A stretch of DNA of 62,993 nt, the filler included, from Octopus bimaculoides (Eukaryota), in assembly GCF_001194135.2 (NCBI RefSeq). It is 4 parts of 3 records of this genome, joined end to end, with 100 filler letters (N's around TTAATTAATTAA, not from the genome) between each part and the next. Parts side by side here need not be neighbours in the genome. Positions count along the whole stretch, not along the records: positions 23,392 to 49,053 come from NC_068981.1; 3 more parts are not named here. The stretch is one strand, 5' to 3'. The position numbers and the translations under genes are program-made. The notes under the pieces are model-generated. The model saw only the letters and a program-made list of their open reading frames with translations, was not told the DNA's origin and searched no databases. Position 1 is the first letter of the stretch, and the number at the start of each line of letters is the position of its first letter. Shown here piece by piece: positions 24,401 to 36,344 of the stretch.

Positions 24401-24479
24401 GCATGCTTGGCAGTATATTATGTTCCATGTATGAAATATTCCTATAGGCAATTAATATGTGTATATATGTGTGTGTAAC

Positions 24480-24790
24480 GGTGCATGGCTCAGTGGGTAG
24501 AGCGTCGGGCTCACAATCATGAGATACTCAGCTCGATACCCGGACCGGGCTGTACTTTATTCTTGAGCAGGACAATTTACTTCACGTTGCTTCAATTCAT
24601 ACATCTGTAGAAATGAGTTGCGACGTCACTGGTGCCAAGCTGTGTCGGCCTGTGCTTCGCCGTTGGATAATATCTGTGGCGTAGAGAGGGAGCCTGATAT
24701 ACATGGGCAATTGCTGGTTATCCATATACGAATTTTCCTGGACTTGTACCTCGGAGGGGACCGTTCAAGGTGCAATCCCATGGTCATTCA
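24480..24790 (+). mobile_element. tRNA-headed SINE, family E
   Basis: TGGCTCAGTGGGTAGAGCG head and a degenerate B box. A headless copy lies at about 30062-30300. Confidence 0.75.
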
Positions 24791-25419
24791 TATGTGTGTG
24801 TGTGTCGTGGGGGAATGGTTCTCTCAAAGTTTTCTTATACATAGCTTCGCCTCAGTGTCTTAAAATCCGCATAGCTTTTGCTCACTATTATTCAGAAGAC
24901 AGGAAAGTGTTAATATTCTATAATATTTACTGTAATGAATAGCGGATTATATGGATTGACTTACTAATTGACATCACTAATATAAAATCGATACTTTACC
25001 GGTAAATCTCATAATTAAAAAGAACAAAGCATAATTTAGCTACGTATATATATATGTACAAAATCAACATGTGATAAAATTTGGCTGTGTGAGTCATATA
25101 TTTTCACATATTGTCACATATTTTCCCCTACTTAATTGAAACAGATTTAGACAATTAACGCTTTAATTTAACTGATTTATATATGAATGCACTCTCACTC
25201 TCTCTCTCTCACACACACACGCACATACAAACACACATACACATAGACGTGTATACATACATACATACATACATACATATGTATGTATATTTATATATAT
25301 ATATATACATTCTAAAGATAAGGAAAAGTATCTGTATCTCTCTCTCTCTCTCTATATATATATATTTATTTATTTATGTGTTTCAGCCAAGTGGCTGCGG
25401 TCNNNNNNNNNNTATATAT

Positions 25420-25526
25420 ATACATACATACATACATACATACATGCATACATACATACATACATACATACATACATACATACATACATACATACATACA
25501 TACATACATACATACATACATACATG
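25420..25526 (+). repeat. (TACA)n microsatellite
   Basis: Direct read. Confidence 0.95.
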
Positions 25527-25654
25527 CATGCATACATACATACATAATATCTCTCCTTCATTTCAATTTCAACAACATCAACGGTATGTATGTATACGTG
25601 CAGATTGGTATGTTTTGTTTTATGTATGTATTCTCATGCCTATAATTTTACAGA

Positions 25655-26005
25655 TTTTTACAGTTCCACTGATGGATTGGATCTGTAGTCTTCGAATTAT
25701 TTTTCGTCTTTCTGGTTTTGAGAAACCTAATTTCTCAAGATTGGTATTTAGCCAGTGTGTTACATATCCCAATGCCTTAATAATTACAAGTATAAACCTG
25801 AACTTGCAATCTGGATAGAGTAATTGTAGATTTCTCAATAGTTAAGTGTAGGTTTTCTGTTTTTCACTGATCTTCAGCTTTATTTCAACATTCGCTGTGC
25901 AGCTAATTTCCACAACTGTACACAGTTTCTTTTTTCCATCTCAAACCAATATATCAGGCCTGTTGTACTTAAATTTTATTGAGGTTTTCACCAGTATGTA
26001 TGTAT
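25655..26005 (-). mobile_element. 3' relic of an R2-superfamily (R4/Dong-like) non-LTR retrotransposon, restriction-like endonuclease domain
   Basis: Minus strand: KYNRPDILV*DGKKKLCTVVEISCTANVEIKLKISEKQKTYT*LLRNLQLLYPDCKFRFILVIIKALGYVTHWLNTNLEKLGF...LQIQSISGTVKICK, with a PD...E...K restriction-like endonuclease pattern. Confidence 0.75.
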
Positions 26006-26989
26006 AGTGTCCTTAGTGTTTATTAAAGAACGAAGTAGTTATGAAGTTTCAAAATTTCTTTAAAGAACGAAATACACAGAACTTCTGTTCTTTATTGAAC
26101 TTTTCGAAAATTGTGGATTACTGTATTATGGGGCTTTCTTTTTATAGACGTATGTAAAGGAAAATTCAGCTGTTTGTTGAAAAATTTGAGGACTTAAATA
26201 TTTTTAATACATTCTTTTTTTTTAATCTGGGTGTTGGACGGAGAATAAATGATTTTTAAGATTACCCACTTAAGATGTATGACCACCTGCTAGTTGTCAT
26301 GAATCTATATGTATGATCACATGTGTGTATGCATATGCGTGTATGTATGTACGTGTGTCTATATGTGTGGTCGTGTGTGTATGTGTAGTAAATATTTAAA
26401 TGAAGAACATGTGCATGTTTGAGAACATTACTCCTTAAGCATTTTTTTCCTCTGTGTTTGTGTGTGTGTGTGTGTGATTGTGAGTGAGTGTGGTGTAATT
26501 GTTTAAAAATTATTTTTTGTCAATAATTTGTTTTATTGACAGCAGTAACAGCATCATAAATATCTGGCGTTGGCTTAGTTTGGTTCATCTGCAAACATTA
26601 TTCTTTAATAAAATTTACAGTGTCTTTAAAATAGAGTATTTATGTTTTTACTTTCGAAGAAATTTGTTTTCATAAAATGTTTCTCCATTTGTTTTCGATA
26701 TTTTGGATCACTACTTCAGCATTTACAAAATAGGAATATTTTGAATTTGTTGTTTCTGCAGAAATATTCTAGATGTTCGCGCGATAGAATTATCCACATC
26801 CCATCTGTTTAATCTGTTATTTATTTGTTTCCAGAAAGGAAGTTTCAAACCTGGCTAAAATGTTCGTTCATTTTTTGTCGACACTAAATTTCAAGCACTC
26901 TAATAAGTAACTAACTTCAGTTTGTCCCTTATTCATTAGACACTCGACACTTCAAAGTTGTATAACGCAAACTGGTGACGATGCAGGTT

Positions 26990-27190
26990 GTATTTTGTGT
27001 GCATTAAATCACATTCTCTTATTTAAAATGGCAAGAAAGCGGCAGAACCCTGCAGACGGATATGTGCTGTGTACGGAGAGGATGCTTTTACGGAATATAT
27101 GTCCCAGAAGTGATTTTCCAGATTTCAATCGGGAAATTCTTTAGTTCAAGACGACTCTCGCTCTGGTCGGCCAACTGAAAATAACAGAGG
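26990..27190 (+). mobile_element. Mariner transposase N-terminal HTH relic
   Basis: NGKKAAEPCRRICAVYGEDAFTEYMSQK*FSRFQSGNSLVQDDSRSGRPTE, matching the mariner pattern A.R.I..VYG......WF.RF.SG...L.D..RSGRP. Confidence 0.7.
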
Positions 27191-27737
27191 CAAAATGATA
27201 GACTTAGTCGTATCTATGAATTGCATTTATAGTGTGACATCATTTAATTAGCGAATATTAAAACATATGTAGCAGATGCAATAAAGGAATACCTTGTGGT
27301 TAGAGTGTTGTACTCACGTTCATAAGAACATGCATACGATTCTCGGGTGTGCGGCATATTGTGTTCTTGAGCAAAACATCTCATTTCACGTCCTCTAGTG
27401 TTGTGCGGGGACCGGCATGTCAAAAAAAAAAAAAAAAAAAGCCTAATGTTTCCGCTACGTGCGTAAAATGTGACTAAATGAAGTTGAGATAAGATTTGTA
27501 GTGCAGCCTCGTAAGACCCTCGCCAGTAACGACTACCCAGTAACAACTACCCAAACGCGCCTAGTCTGGTTGATCCTCATGATGGTCATGGAGAGGTTAC
27601 TTCCACTGTAGTATATGAATATATTTGCGCTCTTCTTACAACATTAAGAATATTTTAACTCTTATTTCTAGTAATGTAGGTGCTTCGGCACCCTTAGTCA
27701 CACTTAGTGACAATTNNNNNNNNNNNNNNNNTATATC

Positions 27738-27911
27738 TGTAAATATAATATGTGACAATTATTTGGTAGCCATAATAAAACTCCGAGTTTCGGATGTCGA
27801 GGCGGAAACCCACGACGGCATCAATGGCCCGATAACTGAAGAGATGCCCCGACATTCGAAACTCGGAGTTTTATCATGGCTACCGAATAATTGTCACATA
27901 TTATATTTACA
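27738..27911. mobile_element. Fold-back element, probably Penelope-like pLTR-derived, containing the hammerhead above
   Basis: Left arm tgtaaatataatatgtgacaattatttggtagccataataaaactccgagtttcggatgtcg is the reverse complement of the right arm cgacattcgaaactcggagttttatcatggctaccgaataattgtcacatattatatttaca, with few mismatches. Confidence 0.75.
27831..27875 (+). ncRNA. Minimal type-I hammerhead ribozyme motif with intact core
   Basis: GATAA (stem I) - CTGAAGA (27836-27842) - imperfect stem II GATG/CAT(T)C - GAAA (27858-27861) - near-palindromic CTCGGAG - T,T (GUU triplet, predicted cut after 27870) - TTATC (stem I'). Confidence 0.75.
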
Positions 27912-28998
27912 AATAAATTCCTCTATTTACATAATATCGAGGTCTCTTTCATTCTTTTGTTGTCTTGCCATTTCTATCTATGATATATATATATATATAC
28001 ATGTGTGTTGGTAAGTGTATGTGTAGAATATATATATTGCAGCAGAGCAAACGACATTTGAATATTTCAGTAATCGTCATTCTTATTATTATGCATTATT
28101 TTAAAACTGTATTGTAATATCAAAAACTTAAAAAATGTGCTACTGTTGGACACTTTAGTAAAACTCTATGCGACACATAAACGTCAGCATTTATTACTCA
28201 ACTACAGCATTTTTCTTTTTGTATGTAAGGCAATAAAATGTAAATCTAATAACCCTTAACATATTATATACATTTATTCTATCATGTAATATACAAAGTA
28301 ATGCTTTAGGAGTGTACACAGTTCAAAGTACTTGGTTTGCCAATCCTGCCACTATGCACACTGACTTAGCTGTACCTAAAATATCCATGAAACGGCTGGT
28401 TTTTCAATAAATGAAGTAAAATATCTATAATATCCTGCTACTATGGCTGCAGTAACTCAAATATATAATGGCTTATGTGTTCTAAGATAAGATGCAAATG
28501 AACAGAATTTATGCATTATACAATTTTAGATTCCTTTTGAAATTCAACTGGCTCAACTGCGAAATGTAACAGCAAACACTTCACTGACTCCAAAGAGATT
28601 AACTACAAAAACTGGATATGAATATATATAAATGCACAAAATATGCAAGCATTCTCAAAAAACATACGCTGGCACATACTTCACTATGTGTGACGTATTG
28701 TGGGGATGTCTAATTACAGAAATATAACTAGGAGTGCGTAATTAAAATCAAATTCAGAATATTTATGTTGGCTGCAAATAAAATTAATTAACTGCACAAC
28801 AATACTTTTCTTTATTGTTTGAAAGTTCCCAGTTTCTCTCACATCACTTACACTTTCTCTGTCTGTCTGTTTCTGTTTTTCTCTCTCTGTCTTTCTTTCT
28901 TTCTCTCCGAATATGTATATGTGTATGCATATATGTATCTATCTATCAATATATTCTACTCACAATCATATAGGTATGTATGTTTATCTATCAGTCAA

Positions 28999-29001
28999 TG
29001 A

Positions 29002-29073
<72 letters not shown>
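28999..29073 (+). repeat. (TCTA)n microsatellite
   Basis: Direct read. Confidence 0.95.
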
Positions 29074-29074
<1 letters not shown>

Positions 29075-31075
29075 CATACGTAGTAGGGGCAGGCGTGAGT
29101 GTGTGGTAAGAAGTTAGCTTCCCAACCACATGGTTCCGAGTTCAGTCCCACTGCACGGTATCTTGGGCAAGTGTCCACTATTGTAGCCTCAGGCTAACAA
29201 AAGCTTTGTGAGTGGATTTGGTAGACGGAAACTGAAAGAAGCCTGTCGTATATATATATATATATATATATGTACACGGCAAATAAAAAAATGGAGAAGA
29301 TACAAAAACGNNNNNNNNNNNNNNNNNNNNNNNNNNNNNNNNNNNNNNNNNNNNNNNNNNNNNNNNNNNNNNNNNNNNNNNNNNNNNNNNNNNNNNNNNN
29401 NNNNNNNNNNNNNNNNNNNNNNNNNAACAAAAGCTTTGTGAGTGGATTTGGTAGACGGAAACTGAAAGAAGCCTGTCGTATATATATATATATATATATA
29501 TGTACACGGCAAATAAAAAAATGGAGAAGATACAAAAACGACATATATCAGCCGGTAGACATTCTAGTATGTCTATTCCAATGTATTAGGATGTATTAGA
29601 AGAGTACATACAAATGTAATAACCATGTATTACATACACATGTACTAAGATTACAGAAGAGAGCAAAGGATCAGATTAGTAAGTACTAGTTCCTTACGGC
29701 CGTTTCTGCCAAGAGGCAATGCAATCCTCCATGCCATTTCCATCTCTTCAGTGTTCTGTAGGGATGGGCAGATAAAGTTTGGATGATGAATGTGCCTCTA
29801 TGCTTCTTCAGAGTGTCTAAGTGGTTGGGAGGGCTAATACATATAAGAAACAGTTAACAATAGATACAGTGTGTTTGTCTTTTCAAAAAGGGAAGAATAT
29901 GAGTAAGAATTAGAACAAACATGAGGATCTAAGTGAAGTACAACTCAATAAAATGATTTGGATATATCAAGGGGAAATCAGCTACAGACTTCCTGTGATG
30001 TAATTGAAGATCCATGTTATTTCGTCCAATGGTGGATAAGTAAATATAGTCGTTCTCAGAGGGAGACACTTTATTTCACATTGCTCCAGTTCACAAAGCT
30101 GTAGAAATGAGTTGTGACGTCACTGCTGCCAAACTATATCGGAATTGGCATTTCCCTTGGATAACATCGGTGGCGTGGAGAGGGGCGGCTGGTATGCATG
30201 AGTGACTACTGGTCTTCCATAAATAACTTTGCCTGGACTTGTGCCTTGGAGGATAACTTTCTAGGCGCAATACCATGGTCATTCTTGACTGAAGCAGTTC
30301 TTTAACCCTTTACCCTACACACATACCTACACGCACACACACACACACATACACACAAACACAAAAATAAGAGTTTAAATGTGAGTCTCGCTTGATATTC
30401 ATACAGGATTAGCAGCTGATATTAGCTGGACAATTATGGGATTCTAAAATGGAAGTCATAATTTGTGCGATGAAACTTTGTAATTTTATATTTGTGGAGT
30501 CATTATGCGGTAGCATACAATTCTGGGGAACGTAAAACATGAAGCGATATGGTGTTTTTCGACTGTTTATCTAGAACAAGACAATAATGTCGTACAAGAT
30601 TGTTTCCTTCATATATGTATTTGCTATGTTTTTATATTCTTCAAATAATACTGCTGTCACACCTCCACCTCGAAGGATACTTTCAAAGTCAGAGTTTCAT
30701 AATCCAACGTACAGCAATCTTGAGTAAGCATAAAGTCTACATTTAAGAGGTTAATGAAGGGTGAAGGACAATATATCTGTTTAGTGGATATTTCAGTATG
30801 CGTTGATCAAATTGGTTGGTAATGACTAATATAACATTTGCAACGTAAAAGGATATATGATGAAAAGAAATAAAATTATCGCATTAATGTTTGAGAAGAG
30901 CAAGACAGCTGTAGAAATATATGCAAATGTTTGAAATACGAGCGACAATTCTGAATAATTGCGTGAGCAGATGCTAATGAAACACACGTAACTCCATGCA
31001 GAAATATGCATCCACACACACATGCAAGCAAACATACATATACACACGCAGACACACAGACACATACTCACACGC

Positions 31076-31077
<2 letters not shown>

Positions 31078-31169
<92 letters not shown>

Positions 31170-31170
31170 A
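31078..31170 (+). repeat. (TA)n(TG)n microsatellite
   Basis: Direct read; this is the source of the poly-YI ORFs in the track. Confidence 0.95.
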
Positions 31171-32173
31171 CGTGTGTGTGTGTATGTAAATGTGAGTGTA
31201 TGTATACACACACGCATATGTACATAAATACACAGATACAAATATTATAAACATATATAATTAAATGTAACGATCTACACACAATTATAGTTATATACCC
31301 ACAAATGCATTTACTTACATAATTTTCATAGTTTTTTTTTTATTAAATAAGAGTAAAATATTGTGACAGCTATTCTCCAAATCTAATCTCTTAGCATCAC
31401 AGCGAAGATTTGTAAGACATTCAAAATACTCTTCATCTGAGATACTTTAGATGAATAGATGCACATACTGGGGTGTGTGCATCGACAGCTCAACCAACAC
31501 ACCAATTCAACCCCATTTTTATAAACATTATGAACTCTATTAACTCAAAAGTCTGATCTCTTTGTTAGCGGCCAGCTTGAACTCTCATAAAAACCTTAAT
31601 GAAAGTCAAAGAAAACATACATAAATAAATACATATTTATACACACAAACAGACAGACACACAAACACACACACACTTATATATGTACCTCGACATATGA
31701 TTATACTAAGTGTGCTATTAAAAACTTTGTTTCCAGACGGGAAAATGTTAAAATATTATTTTATCATTATGCAAATTAGGAAAGATAAATAAGTTGCGAG
31801 TGTTTAATAAAATACCATACTGATAAAGTGAAATAGAATGAAAATTATGAATTTTACCCGTCGAGAATAGGTAAGCCTAAAATATGACGTTTAGAAAAAT
31901 ATGCATATGAGATAAGTTAGGTAGGTATGATGGAAATGAATAGAAATCAGCAGTGATAGATGAGAGACTGAAAAATTTAAAACGCATGTATTAGCTAGCG
32001 ATTGCAAAAACTATTAACAGATAGCCTTAAAAGAGTAATAACATACATACATATATACATTCTTATACGCTTACATGTATATAAATATACGTATGTATAT
32101 TTATGCATGTATGTATGTCTGTATGTATAGATATATATATTTATATATATATATTCTTAAGCAAAAATATTAT

Positions 32174-32222
32174 TCACAGTGACTTCGAAGTTTCGGTCCG
32201 TTGACCCATTGTCGGACTGCAA
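32174..32222 (-). ncRNA. Decayed hammerhead motif with a GUC cleavage triplet
   Basis: Reverse complement: tgCAGT-CCGACAA (versus CTGACGA)-tg-GGTC aacg GACC-GAAA-CTTCGAAG-T-C-ACTGtga. Stem III ACTTCGAAGT is palindromic. Confidence 0.55.
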
Positions 32223-35200
32223 TGTATTGAAGCTAATCTTGCTACATATAGTCTCTGTAGAGTTAAAATCTTCCTTGTGTGTGTAAGTCGGTTTTAGGGT
32301 GGGTTGTTGTGGAGGGGTGTTTTGTAGAAATTTTTATTAGTAACATTTGAGGTTATGCTATTGTTTGAAATTTATTCATGTATACAGAACTTTGTAAGTA
32401 GGTATGGCTATTTAGGTGCGTCCCTTTTGTTGGATAGGTGAGGGAAGTGTGAGTATTTCTAGTTACTTTTGGTTATTTTGGATTTAATCCCTTGTTTTGA
32501 GAAGACAATGTAAAGGTAAAAATTTCGAAGTTTAGTCCAGTGTTTAAAACCTTAGTAATTAGATGTGTTAAATTTTGTAATGGAATTTAATAGTGGTTCA
32601 CACATATATGGACAATTCTTATAACTCCCCACTTTTGCATTTCCAGAGGCTTAATATAATATATTATAAAATACCCATGTTTGAAATAGCATTGAAAAAT
32701 ATGTATAAACACATATCCTACAAATTCTACCCACATAAAACTGAAAGGTTGAAATTTCTGCATAATAATCAAATTACTTATATAACAATGAACACTTAGA
32801 GAGAAACATACAGACCTACAAGCTTTACACCTACTCACATCCACTTGTGAATATAAAAGTACATGAAAAACAAATTTATATAATAACAGCGCCATGGCAT
32901 GGTCGACTGATAACCCCAAACCAACCAAACATAAACAGGAAATATCCTAAATAACAAACAAGCGAAGAAACTGACCAGATTAAACATATCACCTACTTAC
33001 ATTCATTTGCGAAGTCCTATAAAATTCCATTACAAAAATGTTGATATACTAAATTACTAAGATTTTGAATTGCTTAAATCCACTCTTTCCACGGTCGAAC
33101 GTGAATGGCTTAATTGTTGTTCCATTATACCTCCCAAGATCACATCCCTTTAGAGTAAATGTATTAAAATCATACACAATTCAGTAACACAGGGGACATT
33201 GCGACATCAATGTTTTGATCTGATTGTATAGAATTCAGCAAAAAATTATTTGCTGATGCGTGCTGATATCTGCCAAGTCAATAATACGTTTTACTGAACT
33301 TATCCGTCGAAACGCATTAAAAATGAATATGTACACCATAGCTTTGATACACACAGTCTTATATCATGCTATTTCTTTGTTCATATAAAAATATGGAGCT
33401 GAGGATGTCCATAAACTAATCATACCTCACCGACGGAGCCTAGTAATATTGCGTGTCATACCTATATTCAGTCCTAACATTCTAACAATTAGTTTTATAT
33501 ATACATACATACATAGATGATGCATGTATGCTTGTATGTATATATACGTGTGTATATATGTATGTGTGTGTGTATATACACACACACGAACACACACTTC
33601 ACAGATGAGATCCAGAGATTCTCCATATAGATTCTGATGTCTTTACAGGGGATCATTCCACAAAGTAAAGATAGGCTATAAGAGCGAGTATACAGACAAT
33701 TACGTATTTGAACTTCTTTGCATTAAGATCTGAAATGTAAGATCTCTATCCTGATGGCAAAAGGATTGTCTTATCCAATATTTATTGCATCCATAGAGTT
33801 GTATATTGTGATGAACTAAATATACCAATATTATTATGGATCACCGAGCCCCTAGAAAGAGCTGTTGGACATTGAGCACCTTTCTCCCACCCCTTTAATT
33901 TTCTCTGTGGTTTGTACTATGTGTAAGTCAGACCTATCAATATAAATATCTATATATTTATACTTAAAAATTCATATGCTGAAAGTCTCCACCTTTTGCT
34001 CCCTCTCGTTATGCATGGAAACGTATATAGATATATTGTATAATATATTTGACATATTTGATGTATTTGACGTATCTAATATGTTTCTCTGCATAACTGC
34101 TCCTCAGTATTTCTCTCTCTCTCTTTCTCTCTTTCATATAATTACCTATATACATATAAGTACCTATGTATGTATCTATGGACTGAGGCATAAAAACCAG
34201 TTGCTAGAATGTTCAAACTGTGTAACGTATAAAGCGATGTGTTACTAAGATACGTCGACGAGGCAAGGCGCGTTCACGGACCATCAGCTCCGGAGTCATA
34301 TGAACAAGAGAAAAAAAAATAGTACGTGAACGTAATATGCATAATTGAAAGACAAAACAGCAAAAGATAAGTAATCACATTCATTAGGTGACTGTTGTTT
34401 CGGCTTTCAAGAACAGTGCACTCAGACGTGACATCTTGTAGGTTCATCAGTCATATTACAAAATATTTGTATATTTAGGAAGGTATTCATACGTACAGTT
34501 GTATATATATAGCTGCCTATCCACCTATATACGCAAATATATATATATATATATATANNNNNNNNNNNNNNNNNNNNNNNNNNNNNNNNNNNNNNNNNNN
34601 NNNNNNNNNNNNNNNNNNNNNNNNNNNNNNNNNNNNNNNNNNNNNNNNNNNNNNNNNNNNNNNNNNNNNNNNATATATATCAATGTAAACAATGTAGATA
34701 TCTACATAAATACATGTATAAACACTTATTCACAGTTACACACACACATGCACTCACCCACGCGCACGCGCATATACATACAAGCGTATACATGCACATA
34801 AAGTATTACTTGAACATCTCTGTATGTATGTTTGTATGTACGTTTGTATGTGTGTATGTATGTTTGTATGTGTGTATGTATGTATCTATCTATTTGTGTG
34901 TGTGTGCTTGTGTGTGTGTGTGTGTGTGTATACATACACATAATATTTATATATAATTTGTCTTGTATAGCATTTTCTTCTAAACGAAGAATGTTGTTTC
35001 ACGCTATTAGAGTTTTTAAAAAATACAATTTTTTTTTATAGCTTAGTCAGTGAAAGAATTTGAACTCATGAAAATAAGTTTTTATTGTTTAATAGAATTT
35101 TTGTAAGTAAAAGAGAAGACTAAAAAAGTAAAAATTAAGACAAAACCACGAATCACAGCAGAAAATTGGGAATTCACGTGACGGGGTTTTGGTATGACTT

Positions 35201-36295
35201 CTTGCGATAGAATGAACTTCCAAAAACGCTCCTAAGTTGTTAGTAACGAAATTTAACTGGCTTACACGTGATTCCTGTGTATCCAAATTGAAACACAAAA
35301 CTTGACTCAAACTAAGTTTAAAGCAGAAGAAACATACCCAATTATCTTCCCTACACAACAGTTTTGATAAAGGTCGTCTAAACTTAGCGGAAATAACTTC
35401 TCAGGTCCAAAGGTTTAACTTGTCAGCTTGTCTGCAAACGAAGATTATATAACTCCCCAAGCATGTAAAATAGTATTTTTGTGGAATGAATTCTTAATAT
35501 CTAGAAATCATTTCCCCTTTTTTGTTTCAGAATTGTAAGCAGCTACTCTTAGAAGTTTGGATTGTTTTAGCAACTACATATCAAATTTCAATTAAAACAA
35601 AATAGTTTTTGCGTGCCCTGTTTACTAACTCACAACTAATTGGTTTAGGTGTGAAGCTTACCAATTAAGAATTGAAAACAGACAATCGCCATATGAAAGC
35701 AGATATATAATACTTAGAAATATGGTAGTTGTACTAAAAATGCAATTGGATCAATTTAGAAAATTACAAGAACAAGTAGAATGACTATTCCTTGTTGTGC
35801 TTGAATTACCGTTGTTTGGATGTAAACGTAGAAAAAATGTCACTGTTTATCTTTCCTTAACGGCTTTTATATGACGTAATTCTTAATTATGTTTAACAGC
35901 ATGCCTGATAATTGTTATGCTATTTAATAAAGGAAATTTGTTTCTTCGATGAAAGGAAATAATACTTTCCATTGATTTCACTATTTTTATATTCTTCGCA
36001 AAATAAAATCTGAAAAATGCTTAATTGCCATAATTACTGATTACTGATTTTAATTACTGATTAAAATTCTTGTTCAAATATTAATAAGATTCCATCCCTC
36101 GTCCGATTATATGATTAAATACATTCTGAATGGAATGGATTTAAAGAATAATAATTACGTAGTGGATAATTCTTAAGCTAAATCTCCTCAAACTTTTTTC
36201 CCTCTACTTACAATTCGCCACCAGCCCATCCTTCCATCGCCATCATCATCATCGTCATCATCATCATCGTCGTGGTAGTGGTTGTTGTAATCGTC

Positions 36296-36344
<49 letters not shown>

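Noticed and set aside
29197-29540. About 113-bp exact direct repeat flanking a gap
   Set aside because: Same unmerged-overlap artefact; not a tandem SINE or an LTR pair.
30826-31282. ORFs rich in YI, TH or CV repeats (also about 25183-25818, 44844-45233 and 47949-48247)
   Set aside because: Translations of dinucleotide and tetranucleotide microsatellites.
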